NCBI GenBank assembly: GCA_051294905.1
Contig: CM119374.1
Coordinates: forward strand, 18,290,001-18,354,000
Source: Botryllus schlosseri
Lineage: Eukaryota
Length of the DNA stretch: 64,000 nucleotides
Direction of reading: 5' to 3'
Position 1 is the stretch's first letter, and every line of letters starts with the position of its first letter. Of this stretch, positions 49,201 through 61,315 are shown in pieces. The position numbers and the translations under genes were made by a program. The notes beneath the pieces were generated by a model. The model saw nothing but the letters and a program-made list of their open reading frames with translations. It did no database searches and was not told where the DNA came from.

Positions 49201-52200
49201 ACTGTCATGACTACATCTGGCGAAACAGTTTACAAAGCACTTGCGCGTGTCCGAATTTTGTCGCACAGAAAACAATTTATGTGTAACGTAGTTGTGGAAT
49301 CAGAGCATCTTAAATCCATTTTCACATTTTGAGAAAATGAAGTTTTTGTACAATTTTCATTTTCTTTCAGTGATATCTTGGCCATGCTTATTTGTAAACA
49401 ATATGGCAATTTTAGAAAACTTGATTTTCTCAAAATAGTACAAATTGACATAACCGACTCTGATTGCACAATGAGTCAGCCAACTCTATTCGTGGATGAA
49501 GGTCATGAAGCTTAGGCATTTCCTACATGTAATTGCTAGATATAGCCAACAGCGTTATCCCAAATCCCTTGATTTTGTACTGTTCTGAAATTTGCCTTAG
49601 ATATTACAGTGTCGGAAATATATCTTTTTGTTTTAAATTCTTGAATCTATTTAATTGATTATTTGCCTCTCTGGCGAAACCAATACACCTGTCGACATCA
49701 ATCATGGAGTCTCCATTCTCTGTCAAAGTAAAGGCACAGTTATCTACTTCCATTTGCCTATTCTTGAGGCCCATTTTGATGTTTCAAGACCTCGAAACTT
49801 TCAGAAAATGAAAGATATTGTGCGATTTTACTGACGTAACTGTCCACCAAGTTGTAAAGCAGCAATAGGCATGGAGAACAATGGTTTCGCCTCAAAGTGT
49901 AGCCAGACAGTAGCTTATAACACTGCTATAATCGGTTTTGTGATACAATACTGAGAAAGTAAGTTAAGAAATGCTGCAGTTACATGTAAATATTTTTTCC
50001 GGCCCTGTTTGATGTAAATAACTCCCATATGAGATGTGCTTGCGGTAATGGCGCCATTTCAGTGTTACTTTTGCGTATCAAGACACCGATTTTCTGTACT
50101 AGCTAACGTTAAACCGGCCCCTGAGCCAGAGACGAAAAAACGTGAAGCTCCGGAAGCTGCGAAACCGCCGCCCTCCAGACAAAAGCCGAGAGTCGAAGAG
50201 CGCGAAGAATGTATGTTGTCTCGTTTTTGTTACTGTCATGGCGACTGTCGTTAGTTTGCTGTGTGCGTCTGTGCGTGTGCTGTGTGTATCGTCGCTGTGA
50301 TTTTGTTAGCTGTCACAATTTTATAATATCGTAATTTTCCTCAGTCTTAACAGTTTCTGACCCTATTTTCCAAGTATCAGGACTGATAGACGAAACACCA
50401 ATACCGTGGTAACTTCACTATTATTCTACTGTAGCAAGGGTCGGCAACCTACGGCCCACCAAGCAAAATTGTCAGGCCCGCGACACATTAATTTGTTATC
50501 ACAAGTCTTATTGTACTTCACAGGCTCGTGTGTCCATGATCTCATAGTCATTCCTGGGCTTTTCCTGTACACTAAATTGGACTGGCTAGCCTTGCTGATT
50601 CAGTGCCTACTGCCTACGTTTGCTAGACTTGTATTGACACTATCACATCATGCATGGATTTTCCTACACAGCTGTTCCTTGCTTGTAGCATAGAAACTCT
50701 GCCATGAAACTAGTTGATGACTTGACAAAAATTATTTGTGGTTCGAAATGACTTGCGTTATCTGTCAGATGGAATTATTCGTACCTTAATTCCCAGAGCA
50801 TTGTATAGTGTTGTTGGCCGCGGGAGCTAAGTTGTTGAAACACAGGTCTGATAATCTTTAAGTCATGGTTCGAATCACATCATCGACTGTCGGCCTAAAG
50901 TCGAGCCATTGACAAGCGAAATCAGTTCCCAAACCCGTGGAAATCCGCACAGGAATAATGATTTCATTTTTATAGATTGGTATTTCTATTTTCCAGCTCC
51001 TGTCCACGTAAAAGCGAGATGCAGAACGTATCCGAATTCAAAGCAGAAGAAAGTCACTGTGCCAGATGATAAAGTATTGTGGAAAGTACGTCGTTTGGAA
51101 AATAATTATGGATCTAATCTGACTTTTTCGTAACTCCGTGATAGCGTGGTTTCTTATCACTGCGTTAGCAAAGTTTGTATACATTATCAAAAGCCTTAAA
51201 CCGAGGCAGTGGTAAGAAGGCAAATTGCAATGAATGGAATAAATAAATGAAAATTATGCAGACCGGTGAACATTCACAAATCAAAATCTAACCAAACTAA
51301 TTACCACGAATGTATAAATCTCAATAGCAAATATTGAAAACCTCAATTTAATGAGAAATTTCCCGGTGCCTTTTTGATATTACAAGCGGTTTTATTGAAG
51401 TTTCTTCAAGGCAAAGCGAGGTTGATTTTGATTGTTAGGTTTCGAAAGTCAAGGGATCTCGCTTGAAATGTTTTTTCAGCTTTCCGATATAACTGGTCTT
51501 AGACGAGCTGTGGGGGCCTACTTTTAAAAATTTTGATGCAACGCTAGAAGCGTTGACATAAGCTCGGTCCAAAGTAGAACACGAACTCTATATTATGACA
51601 CGGTGCTGAAAAACATGATCCAAATTTAAAAATCAATTTGAAATTTGATGGTTTATTTCTCCAATTGATGGACATGTGTGATGTATAATTGTGATATATT
51701 TGGAAGATTGGCCTTTGAGAACCACAAGTCAAATCGGTAGGATTTTTCTGTATGAAATGAATCAATATGACATATCGGTGGAGCGTCCGGCTTCTTGATC
51801 GCTAGGTCGTGGTTTAATCCCTGGTCGGGTCAGACCAAAGACCTGATCAGTAAAACTGGTATCTGTGGCTTCCTCGCTTGTCGCTAAGCGTTTCCAGGAT
51901 AGCATGGAGGGGTGGTGCATGACTCGGAAAGCGTTACAAGGCTATATCTGTACTTTCCTTCCTTGCCCAGCAGCATATGCACATCATGCAGTCATGGTGC
52001 GCTTATGTATGGATCGTGTGTATGTATATCTGTGAGTCATTCAGTATGCCGCAAAAAACAACGAGGTCAATAATATATAACGTGATATTCCTATTTAGAT
52101 TGTGATATTTCTGGAACTAAATTGCGAATCTGTCGATCCAATTTTTGTAATTACGGCAATTTTTCAACCCGTTGTCAGGTCGAATGGAAGGATTACAAAC

Positions 52201-55200
52201 CACCATCGTACACTGACCCCATTGTAGCTGCGAATCCGGTTTGGGCGGATGAAGATTTGGAGAAGTACGACCCGAAATCGAGGCCCGCGCTGCCGTACAA
52301 TAAATTCGATCAGAAGGAGAAAGTACTGAGGAGAAGCCACACCGGGACGTACCTTGTTGTTGACGGAATCCCGAGGTAATCTGAATTGTGACCCACCACT
52401 GTAAACCAGTGTCGATATTGCTGATGTCTTCAAGCAAACTAGCAAGTGTCATAATAGAGATTTATTCAAAATTGCAATCAAAAGCGACTCGAGTCACGAT
52501 TTTCTGATGACTCGACTTGACTCGAGTCATTTTCTCAAAATACGGAAATGACTCGACTCGAGTCAATCTGTGTATTGACTCGACTTGGACTCGAGTGATT
52601 GCGCATGACTCGAACCAAGTCATATGACAGGAGACTCAGACGCCTGAGACCGACATTTCATTGTAATTTCGAAGAATACTAAAGTAACCACACTATTGGG
52701 ATTTCGTCTATTGGTACTGGTTCTTGAAAATGCAGCCAGAAACTGCTAAAAGTGAGGAAAATTAGCATATTATAAATGCGAACCATTCGATATCAACAAA
52801 CAGATGTATAGAAAGCGGGTTTAACAAGACTTCAACTGGAAACTGAGCATTCAACACAATGACGTGGACTCGGACTCGAGTCATAATACCATGACTCGGA
52901 CTCGACACGCTTTTCGCTAGCTTGGACTCGGACTTGACTTGGTGGTAAATAGAAAATAACTCGACTTGACTCGAGTCAAAACTATGAAAGTGAGATTGAC
53001 TTGTGACTCGGACTCGGAGCGTTGTTACTTGGTTACAACCCTGGTTTGTTCGAATGACTCGCCATCACGAAACTGTATATTTTGAATGCCTCCCCATCAT
53101 GACACTCGCATGACACTCTCTCGCAATCATGACATTTGGCGTTTTGAATACCTCAACTATTATGCAGACTTGGAGAACTGGGTAATTCTAGTTCTGTAAT
53201 TAGACTTGTTACAGTGAAATGCCGGTAATGTGATTGTAGTCTAATTTGTGAAATGTTGGTTTGCTCTAATCCCAATCTAATTTGTGAAATATTTCCATGC
53301 TCTAATTTAGTTATAATCTACACGAGAACGGTATAGTGCAGGGGTTCTGAACCCGCGGCCCGCGGGCCGCATGCGGCCCGAAGACGCTTATTTTACGGCC
53401 CGCGACATCTTTCATTATAAACGCAATTATTGCTGACACGGTATTGTAACAAAGTAGTTTAGATACCTAGCTCTTTTATCGTACCGTCTCTGTTTCGTTT
53501 GATTACTCATTCATGAATGCAGTGGTTCTCAAACTGGGGGGCGCGCCCCTTGGGAGCGTGAAAGCATCTGAAGGGGGCGCAACGCTGCGGTCAACTGAAA
53601 AAAAAATTTGCACTGCGCGCAATATATCCTAAATTCATAGTTGTTTCTTTGTGTATATAGTCCGAATTTCATATTTGAGCATTCTCTCATCAACAGTCAT
53701 AACCTTCCATGCCAGCAAACTAGCCGTTTGTAGCATCCTGGTTGCATTTTGTTATATGACGATAAGGCGGCACGAAATTATTCTCTATCAAAAAAGGAGG
53801 TGTGTCTGAAAAAGTTTGAGAACCACTGCTCCAACACCTAAGCGTAAGGGGTTTATCTAGGCTCCTCCTCGCCACCTAATCCGCGCAAGCGGTGTCTTAC
53901 AAGAAGCCTAGAAGTGGGCTGTGCTAAAAGTCGGCTGTTACGGAATAAGTATGAAGAATATCGGCCTGGTTTAAATGACCATAGTAGTCGACAAACACCA
54001 TGAATAACACAACAACAACAACACTGCTTTAATGTGCTCTCGTTTCTTGATATATGCTCGACTTCAGATTATTATTGTTTTGAATCGGTTTTCTACTGGA
54101 CACTGGTTCAAGAGAATCCCGTTACGTATAGTAGGCCTGCACTTTTTAAGAGTGTTTGACTCACTGCGAACGGTTGTTTAGATTGCCGACGACGTTACAG
54201 GCACAATGTTCAAAATTACTTGGAATATCGCTAAATCCAAGAAATCTGCTACAGAAGGTGCGATTTCAATAAGACCTTAACATACTGTGCAAATATTTGC
54301 TGTTTTCGGAACGTAGCAGCAAGGACACTATCATCTGACATATTTCGAAGATACAGTCGTCTGATTCAATCGTGTCATGAGGATTAACATCAATGTCAGT
54401 CGGTCGCATGTTCTGAAACACGTTGCCGCGTAGACTGCTTTAACCCAACCTCGGACAAATCCATCAACATTGCATAACTAATTATCTGGTTGAATTTTAT
54501 CAGAGCGGGCATATATGCAGAGGAAATGCTGGCTGGGAAAACGTGGGGCCAACGAAAAATATCAATTTGACAAAGCTAACTTCTGTAACTGTGGATGCAG
54601 GGCCCCAGGCATCGAAGGAAAGGAGATTGGTTGATTGGTTTTCTCAAAAATGGCCCCGAACGCCAGACTTCCTCTCATATCACTCAGAGCTCAGTGTGAT
54701 AATGGCCTCTGTAACGCAAAAGTTACCGTAATTTTATAATTGCTCGCTCCAGCATTGAAACAGAGAGTTCGGTTCTCTGGTGGAAGGGTTTTAAGTTGCA
54801 TATACCGACTTGGCAATGAATGCATTTGCACGCTCCATGAAGGGATTTACTTTCGCCGCCAGAAGATACATTCTCACAATAAGCAGCAGCTGCAAACTTA
54901 CGGACGTTGTCCATTGATGCTTTATAATACATAAAAATGTACTAAATGCCCGTATGCAAGTGGTAAATAGGTTACAGTAGCCTAGATTTAATTGTAGCCC
55001 ACAAATACATGGCAATATTGTTCTGCGGCCCGCAGCGTCTTTTGCTGTTAAAATGCGGCCCGTTACACAAGGGAAGTTGAGAACCCCTGGTATAGTGCGA
55101 AAACAACCAAGTTTGATGCACACTGTACAGTGTACAGACATTCTCATGCTTATGGGAATACACTCTGATATTTTTGCCAATATCAAAATGACCCTGTTTC

Positions 55201-57711
55201 AATTAGAATTTCTAGTTATTGACAGTAATTTCCCAAATATATCCGCTATAAATTCATTTATTTTATTTACATTGCATATTGTAGTCGGGAATTCCGTATC
55301 AATACTACGTATTTTGCATTAACATGACACTTTCCCATGTCAAAGTCGGTCGTTGTTCGGTATTTCAGAAATCCGAAGGGCAGGACCGGTATCGAGGGAC
55401 GTGGCTTACTGGGACGGTACGGCCCCAACCACGCCGCCGACCCGGTGGTCACCAGGTGGAAAAGAAACAAAGCCGGCGATGTTATGAAGACTAACGACAA
55501 ACCCGTCCTGGAATTCGTTGCGATTCTGAGAGCCGATACTGGGGAGTGGGCCATTCCTGGGGTTAGTGCTGTGTTACCCGGGAGAGTCGGCTTGCCCCGG
55601 TGTCATTATAATATATGAATGCCATGAAAATGGGTACTACCTCGGATTGTAAGATTCTGGCCTCATTTCGGGGCTGCGCGATCAGAGGTAGACGATGTAG
55701 TCAACGCACTCAAGTAACAGTTTAAGTAACTTCGCAAATTTTCGCTGGAGGACAAGTTGAAGTAGCGATGATTTTTGAGTAACTAGAAGAGGAAGTATTC
55801 TAGACTTAGTTTTGACTAAAAGACGAAAATTGTCAAGTGGAAGTAGTCTAAAATTAGTGCTATTATTATTACGATAATTCCTGAAGAATTTAATGCTCAG
55901 CAGATTACGAATGTGGGAAATGAATCATTTTTGTGACATCTAACCGTCGGCGTTTCTCTGTCTGTTACGTAACGGTCTTCTAATCAAAAACTTACGGCAG
56001 GGCATGGTCGAACCCGGAGAGGCTGTGTCGCAGACCTTGCAGCGAGAGTTTGGGGAGGAGGCGCTCGACGTGGACGGCGTGGACATGGACGAACAGCGAA
56101 ACATCCAATTGCTCTTCAAATCTGGCGGTTTGGAGGTAAGTTAGGAATGGATGCTGGAAATTTGATATGAGCTTTGGAATATGCAAGCAGACTCTGTAGT
56201 CTCTATGTCTTGAGATGTTTGTAAATGGTTGCAAGTTGCAAGTCTTCTCGGCACTTGGAGATTTGGCATTAAAAATGTTATGACTGATATTATTATGAAA
56301 ACGATGCATCAATATTGCATCATTAAATCCTAAAGTGAATGTTTCACTGAATATGAACTTGATATACTGCACATGGTGAATATGTTGAATTGGGAATTCG
56401 GTGTGTATGCATTAATGTATTGGAGGCAGGGGTTGGGGTAGGGAGTTGGTTAGAATTGAGATTAGAGGCCACCAAGTGCCAAATTCCCTGTAGTTTTGAA
56501 CAAACTTCAGCAAACATTCATTTATTGCACCCCATACTTGCAAAGGTATTTATCTAAATATAGCGCCAATGCGACATGCATAAGTGAGTAGTTTGAAAAA
56601 GTTCATTTGGTCGAATGCAGCATACTTCAAGCAGTTGATAGCCAGTGACAACCAGGGTTGTAACCAAGTCACAAGGTTCCGAGTCGCAAGTACATCTCAC
56701 TTTTATAGTTTTGACTCGAGTCAAGTCGAGTCATTTTCAATTCACCACCGAGTCAATTCCGAGTCCAAGTCAGTGAGTAGAGGTCGAGTCCGATCCATAG
56801 TGTGAGTCATTTTGTTCACTGTTCAGTTTTTAGTTCAATCCGGTTCAAAACACTTTTTCTATTTTCCAAGTATCAGGACTGATAGACGAAATACCAATAA
56901 TTATTGTTGTGACTTTACTCTTCTTCGAAGTTACAATGAAATGTCTGTCTTGGCCGTCCTAGTCTCGATTCATATGACTTAGTCGAGTCATGCCCAATGA
57001 CTCGAGTACAAGTGGAGTCAATAGACAAATTGACTCGAATCGAGACATTTTACGCATTTAAAAAAATGACTCGAGTCATTACAACCCTGGTGACAACCTT
57101 TCGCGACTAACGTATTATGACTATTTCACATGGAAATGCGATGCAAACATATCCTTAAACTTCTTTCTACTTAATAAAAGCTTAATTGTAAAATGTAAGC
57201 AGTTTTACCCAATAAACTGTTGACTAGACGTGGAAATTGTCTAAAAAATAACCGCAGTATGTAACGCTAGTAGGTAAAACCTTGATGATTACTCCGAAAA
57301 CGTAGACATACATCATTTCTGATTGCCTCCTGCGGCGACCTATTTGATTATCCTATATTGCTTGCTTTTATTGACAATTTCCTGTAATCTGCAACAATGT
57401 CAAACACTGTTCTCAGCTCTTCCGCGGATATTGTGACGACGCTCGCAACACAGACAACGCCTGGATCGAGACGGTGGCCTGCAACTTCCACGACGAAGTC
57501 GGAGACGCGTTCAAACACGTCGAGTTTTCCGTAAGCTCTCCCTTTTTCTGTAAATTTCCTTTTAGTAACACCACTACCTTTCTCGCTACAGCCGAGAGAG
57601 GGAGAAGCCAGAGCCGTGTCATGGATCGAAGTGAGCCATAAGCTCAAGCTGTTCGCTTCGCATCACGATTATTTGAAGAAAGCAGCCGATTTGCATAACG
57701 CTTACTTTTGA
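28209..57711 (+). CDS. TRPM2: TRPM2-like cation channel with C-terminal NUDT9-H (ADP-ribose pyrophosphatase) domain; 31 coding exons, about 1476 aa
   Basis: Exons joined in frame through GT-AG introns: 28209-28301, 28358-28462, 29283-29561, 30178-30258, 30323-30494, 31186-31262, 31491-31629, 32048-32203, 32976-33133, 34108-34268, 34370-34487, 35595-35804, 37521-37688, 39234-39402, 39920-39976, 40038-40180, 41452-41577, 42652-42767, 43132-43264, 43321-43504, 44619-44760, 46280-46479, 46988-47120, 48848-49002, 50103-50210, 50997-51085, 52179-52375, 55369-55561, 56001-56135, 57417-57530, 57592-57711. The total is 4431 nt with consistent phases and a TGA stop. TRPM motifs: [79 protein letters not shown]9-like motifs: [40 protein letters not shown]. 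The start ATG at 28209 is the first in-frame Met after an acceptor; an upstream coding exon cannot be fully excluded. Confidence 0.93.
28358..37688 (+). CDS. TRPM2: TRPM MHR1-4 cytosolic region (coding exons 2-13 of the TRPM2-like gene)
   Basis: Spliced translation contains [98 protein letters not shown] and [10 protein letters not shown], all recognisable TRPM MHR motifs. Confidence 0.92.
32320..32916. mobile_element. Foldback MITE with about 260-bp near-perfect arms (GG...CC termini, AT flanks; ISL2EU/Harbinger-like)
   Basis: 32320-about 32582 is the reverse complement of about 32652-32916 with only a few mismatches. Termini are GGTGTCGACACAGGCAAATC. AT lies on both sides. The spacer holds a tandem duplication. 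The superfamily assignment is tentative. Confidence 0.8.
37034..37360 (+). mobile_element. tRNA-derived SINE (diverged copy)
   Basis: Same head and central block as the 27118 copy. 3' part GGATAGCATGGAGGGGTGGTGCAAGGCTTAGAAAGCC is shared with the 40349 and 51776 copies. Ends approximate. Confidence 0.72.
40038..46479 (+). CDS. TRPM2: TRPM transmembrane S1-S6, pore and TRP box (coding exons 16-22)
   Basis: [12 protein letters not shown] (S1), EEFRE and WNIMD (S2-S3 Ca2+-site positions), LGPKIIMV (S4-S5), [15 protein letters not shown] (pore), paired Cys in [21 protein letters not shown] (S6), WMFQRY (TRP box). Confidence 0.93.
40349..40610 (+). mobile_element. tRNA-derived SINE (diverged copy)
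   Basis: GGTTCAATCC B box, CCTAAGAC...AAACTGGTATC...GGCGCTCAGC block, same 3' part as the 37034 copy. Ends approximate. Confidence 0.7.
41909..42200. mobile_element. Penelope-like terminal repeat remnant with short inverted duplication
   Basis: AAGAGCTTCTTGG...CGGCTGACACTCGTCAGGGGTAATCGTCAGC as in the other copies, then an inverted partial copy at about 42146-42200. Confidence 0.72.
45210..45915. mobile_element. Buster/Charlie-like hAT MITE
   Basis: Ends CAGGGCCGGCCAACC and GGTTGGCCAGCCCTG; TSD CTTTACAC; internal sequence homologous to 59417-60107. Confidence 0.82.
47940..48615 (+). mobile_element. 5'-truncated LINE copy
   Basis: [14 protein letters not shown]...[17 protein letters not shown]...[10 protein letters not shown] and the shared 3' UTR; frame disrupted. 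Confidence 0.8.
50997..57711 (+). CDS. TRPM2: NUDT9-homology (Nudix ADP-ribose pyrophosphatase) domain (coding exons 26-31)
   Basis: [53 protein letters not shown], Nudix box [20 protein letters not shown] (56001-56060), [27 protein letters not shown]. Confidence 0.93.
51776..52075 (+). mobile_element. tRNA-derived SINE (diverged copy)
   Basis: CCGGCTTCTTGATCGCTAGGTCGTGGTTTAATCC head, CCAAAGAC...AAACTGGTATC block, GGATAGCATGGAGGGGTGGTGC 3' part. Ends approximate. Confidence 0.7.
53339..55089. mobile_element. Buster/Charlie-like hAT MITE with internal insertions
   Basis: Ends CAGGGGTTCTGAAC and GTTGAGAACCCCTG; TSD GTATAGTG at 53331-53338 and 55090-55097. It contains another CAGTGGTTCTCAAAC-terminated MITE at 53520-53828. 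Confidence 0.78.
56653..57089. mobile_element. hAT MITE with GACTCGAGTC repeats
   Basis: TIR CAGGGTTGTAA at both ends; TSD GTGACAAC at 56645-56652 and 57090-57097. Partial family members lie near 39678-39792, 43560-44090, 47400-47820 and 52450-53043. Confidence 0.8.
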
Positions 57712-59258
57712 TATGTGCAGAGATGATTTTATCCGAGCTCGGAAGAGTCTAGGAACTAATACACAATTCCTGATTGATTGAGCTCGCGTATTCGGCAAAG
57801 TGCTTCTTTTTGTTATACATACTTGCACTACGTCCATGTGTGATTTTGTTTGATCAGTACCTTTGGTTTTATACAGCATCTGTTTTTCCTTCGTTGACTA
57901 GAAATCAAGTGTAGAATTGTTGTTTATATTTACCATTGCTAACCGTTTTTATCTTAATCAAGCTACTGAGATCATGGATATTACAGGCCTATATTGTATA
58001 AGAGACGTACGTCGTACACCTTTTATGATACGGCCTCTAACATAATGAAATTTTGTAGGGTTCAAATCAGACGTTTTTTATGACTGTCAATGTTATTGCT
58101 ACGTTTTTACCCAGCTGGTACCGGCAAAATTCAAGTTTACAATGTTGCTTCATATATGCATTTACGAATCAGCGCTTTATTCTCGTTTGCTTTGTCTAGT
58201 CAGCGAATGTCAAAGATACTGGCGATATCGATGATTCATTTTAATGATCTTACATCATGTATGCATTGACAAATTTGAAATTGTTTTATTGTTGTCAAAA
58301 GTTACTAGATTTCTTCATTTTGAGTTCGTATCGACGAAGTATTGCTATGAATTGTGCATCGAGTGTTGTTTCTAAGTCACGTTTATGTCAAGCTTTCTAA
58401 TGATTCACCTCGAAAAAGATGAATTTCTATATTGTATTTTCCCTGTTGTTGTGGGGTACCGTACTTGACTGTGTCTTCGCCTGATACAAGTGTACATTTT
58501 AGTGTCTGAAATTGTCACTTCCTGTCCGTATTTCTACTCTCTTCGTTATTACGACTGCGTGTCGCAATTTGATGTACAAGTTGAAGAGACTAATGGTATG
58601 AACAAGACCATTAAGTTTACTGATACCTCGATTACCTCCCCTTTTCTCTATATAAATTCAACGCACTTTTAAGATATATAATTTTCGGTAGTGATTCACT
58701 GCACTCAACGCGGTCAAAACGATGTATAGAGGGCGATATCTGTGTTTTAGCATCTTGCACGTGTGATGAGGTTATCATCCATTGTGGCTACCCAGTTACC
58801 CACCCTTCTCGTAAACCATGTAATGATTGTGCCTTGAATCGATTCATACTTACTGTATCGTCTTTTCACTGTGGGATTAGATCGTTATACAATGTCGTGC
58901 ATTCATTTTTCAGCCCATCTATACAATTATTTATCGTGACTCAGACATTGAGAATTATTCACGCTCATTTTATCTCTTTGTGGGTACTTTTGTGGCTGTG
59001 ATTGGCTGATTGCATGGTATATATTCGAGAACTTTTTGTTGAAAGATTGTCAAAAAGCACTTTGTTTACAAACGAAGTGTCACTGATTAATGATTGTAGT
59101 ATACCGACATCGTGATTCTGGAGTAATCATGTGAAGTTCGCAGTCGCTTACCATTATAGCGGGAGTTGGCGCTGCAGGTTAGACGATTTTTCATCAGCTC
59201 TCAATCATTGATCCAGGCATATCTACTGTGGAGGAAAACGAGGATTCTTTGTCGAAAC

Positions 59259-60543
59259 CAGGGCTTTGGAGCAGCCGTAAATTTAAACTGCTCCAGCTCC
59301 GGCTCCGGAGCTCTCTTCTATCATACATTAGCTCCGGCTCCAGCTCCGGAGCCGCATTATCACCACTGCTCCGGCTCCAGCTCCGGCTCTGAAATTATCG
59401 AATAACCTGTCTATATCAGGGGTGGCCAACCCGCGGGCCAAATGTGGCTCGGGAGAGGTTTTGCGTGGCCCGCGAGGTAATTTCCTATTATATTATCGAA
59501 AATGAATTGCTCAGATTGTGAACTTGCAATGCCAAACAAAAATTACAATTCTGGCTGCGACACTTGGGATGTTGATGACTAAAATATCCTTTCCGACTTC
59601 CGACGCATTGGCAGATCCAGGGTCCAGTCACATTTTCAGTAAATCGTCGTACATTACAATAAACTAAAATAGTAGCGAAATTTTTCTTCACGCTTCGCGT
59701 GTTTATTTGTCACACGATTTCTTGCTTGGTAGCCTACCTCCTACTGAAAGTGAAAAAAACGCCTTATTTACCCGATTGAGTCTAACTGTATTCGTAATTA
59801 CGGGAGAAAGGCTTTTCGCGTTTGCGCTCGCATAAAGATCGTCGACGGTGAAATGTAGGCACAACATGATTGTCGCATATTATCGGAGACCTTCGATATC
59901 GATGTGACCAGACGCCGAATAGTCGCGTCCTTGCAAACTGAGCCTAGCGGGCGGTATACAATAGATCCGCAATACTCAAGTAATAATATTATTGACCTAG
60001 TTAATTTATAGACTTAGAAAATTTTACCCGCTTGGCGCGGCTAGTGGACCGCACACTCGTTCGTCAATTGCATGTGCCACTTTAGCCGAAAAGGTTGGCC
60101 ATTCCTGGTCTATATAGATTACTAATTTACCCATAGGTTAGTTATCTATAGTAATCTAGAGTCTGTCAGCCGTCAGTAACATCCGATGTAGCGCAACGAA
60201 GACATATAGGTGCCACCGTGCCGGCTTGTGACGTCATACTGAATACTTGTCAATTGTCGACAACATCATAGTTGCACTAGATTGCACTTTACTCTATGCC
60301 ATTGCTGTGCACAGCATTAAAATCCAGACCTGTTGTTCAATTATGATAAATCAGCAGATGTGGTTGTTGCATATATAATAATTGCATCTTATGAAATAGG
60401 TCGGAGCCGGAGCTACTCCTCAAAGAACGGGCTCCAGCTCCGGCTCCGGCTGAATTTTATATAGAGCTCCGGCTCCAGCTCCGGTGAAAATCCACGGCTC
60501 CGGGGCTCCGGCTCCGGGCTCCGGCTCCGGTTCCAAAGCCCTG
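59259..60543. mobile_element. hAT MITE with GGCTCC repeats
   Basis: TIR CAGGGCTTTGGA at both ends; TSD GTCGAAAC at 59251-59258 and 60544-60551. Confidence 0.82.
59417..60107. mobile_element. Buster/Charlie-like hAT MITE nested in 59259-60543
   Basis: Ends CAGGGGTGGCCAACC and GGTTGGCCATTCCTG; TSD GTCTATAT at 59409-59416 and 60108-60115. Confidence 0.82.
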
Positions 60544-61315
60544 GTCGAAACCCGACCAGAGAGGAGTAGTTAACGGTTGTTTTCGACTGGAAGTAAAACT
60601 AGATAGGTATCACAGTTTTCGCGTAATTTATGGCGTTTTTAGTAGTGCCTGTACACTGGAGTGTACAGTGTACATGTACAATCGCCTGGCTGTCAAAACT
60701 ATAAAAGACGACGAATTGCCAAAAAGAAGGGCAATTGAGCGTCCTCGGCGGACATCTTCGATTTCTTTAAAAGGAAAGACATTGGTAACCCTGGTGATTC
60801 TGTTGATGAATATGAATAGATATATTGAATTCGTATTGGACGTTGTTTGTCGACTGTTCTACAAAAGCACAACTTAACAATAACCTATTCATTGATAGAG
60901 CCGTGAACAACGAACAGCAATCCGCACCGTTACTATGCTACATTGTCTCATCTTTTGGCCAGTAGGCTATGTCATGTTCCTTTTCCGCGTCGATGTCTTG
61001 AATCCTATTGTTAGTTCTGTTGGTCGGCGTTAAAGGGTCAATTGTTTTCTGTCTCGGTGCACTATTATAAGATGAAACACCGCAAATTGATCCATACAAA
61101 CCATGAGACTTCTTGATACATTTCAGATGGGTTCAAGATATTCTCGTCAGGGTCCTAGTAGTTGATTTCGATTTGCAGATGGCGGCTGAATCAGATTCGA
61201 AGCTCTATAGATATATCCAAACTCGTCGACATCGAATAAATAGGGCTGGGTACAATATGATTCCATAGTACTCGCATGTGAATCGAGTAATTATTCTAAT
61301 GAGTCGAGTCTGAAG

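Noticed and set aside
28302-57591. Non-canonical splice sites in TRPM2
   Set aside because: All 30 introns of the model are GT-AG.
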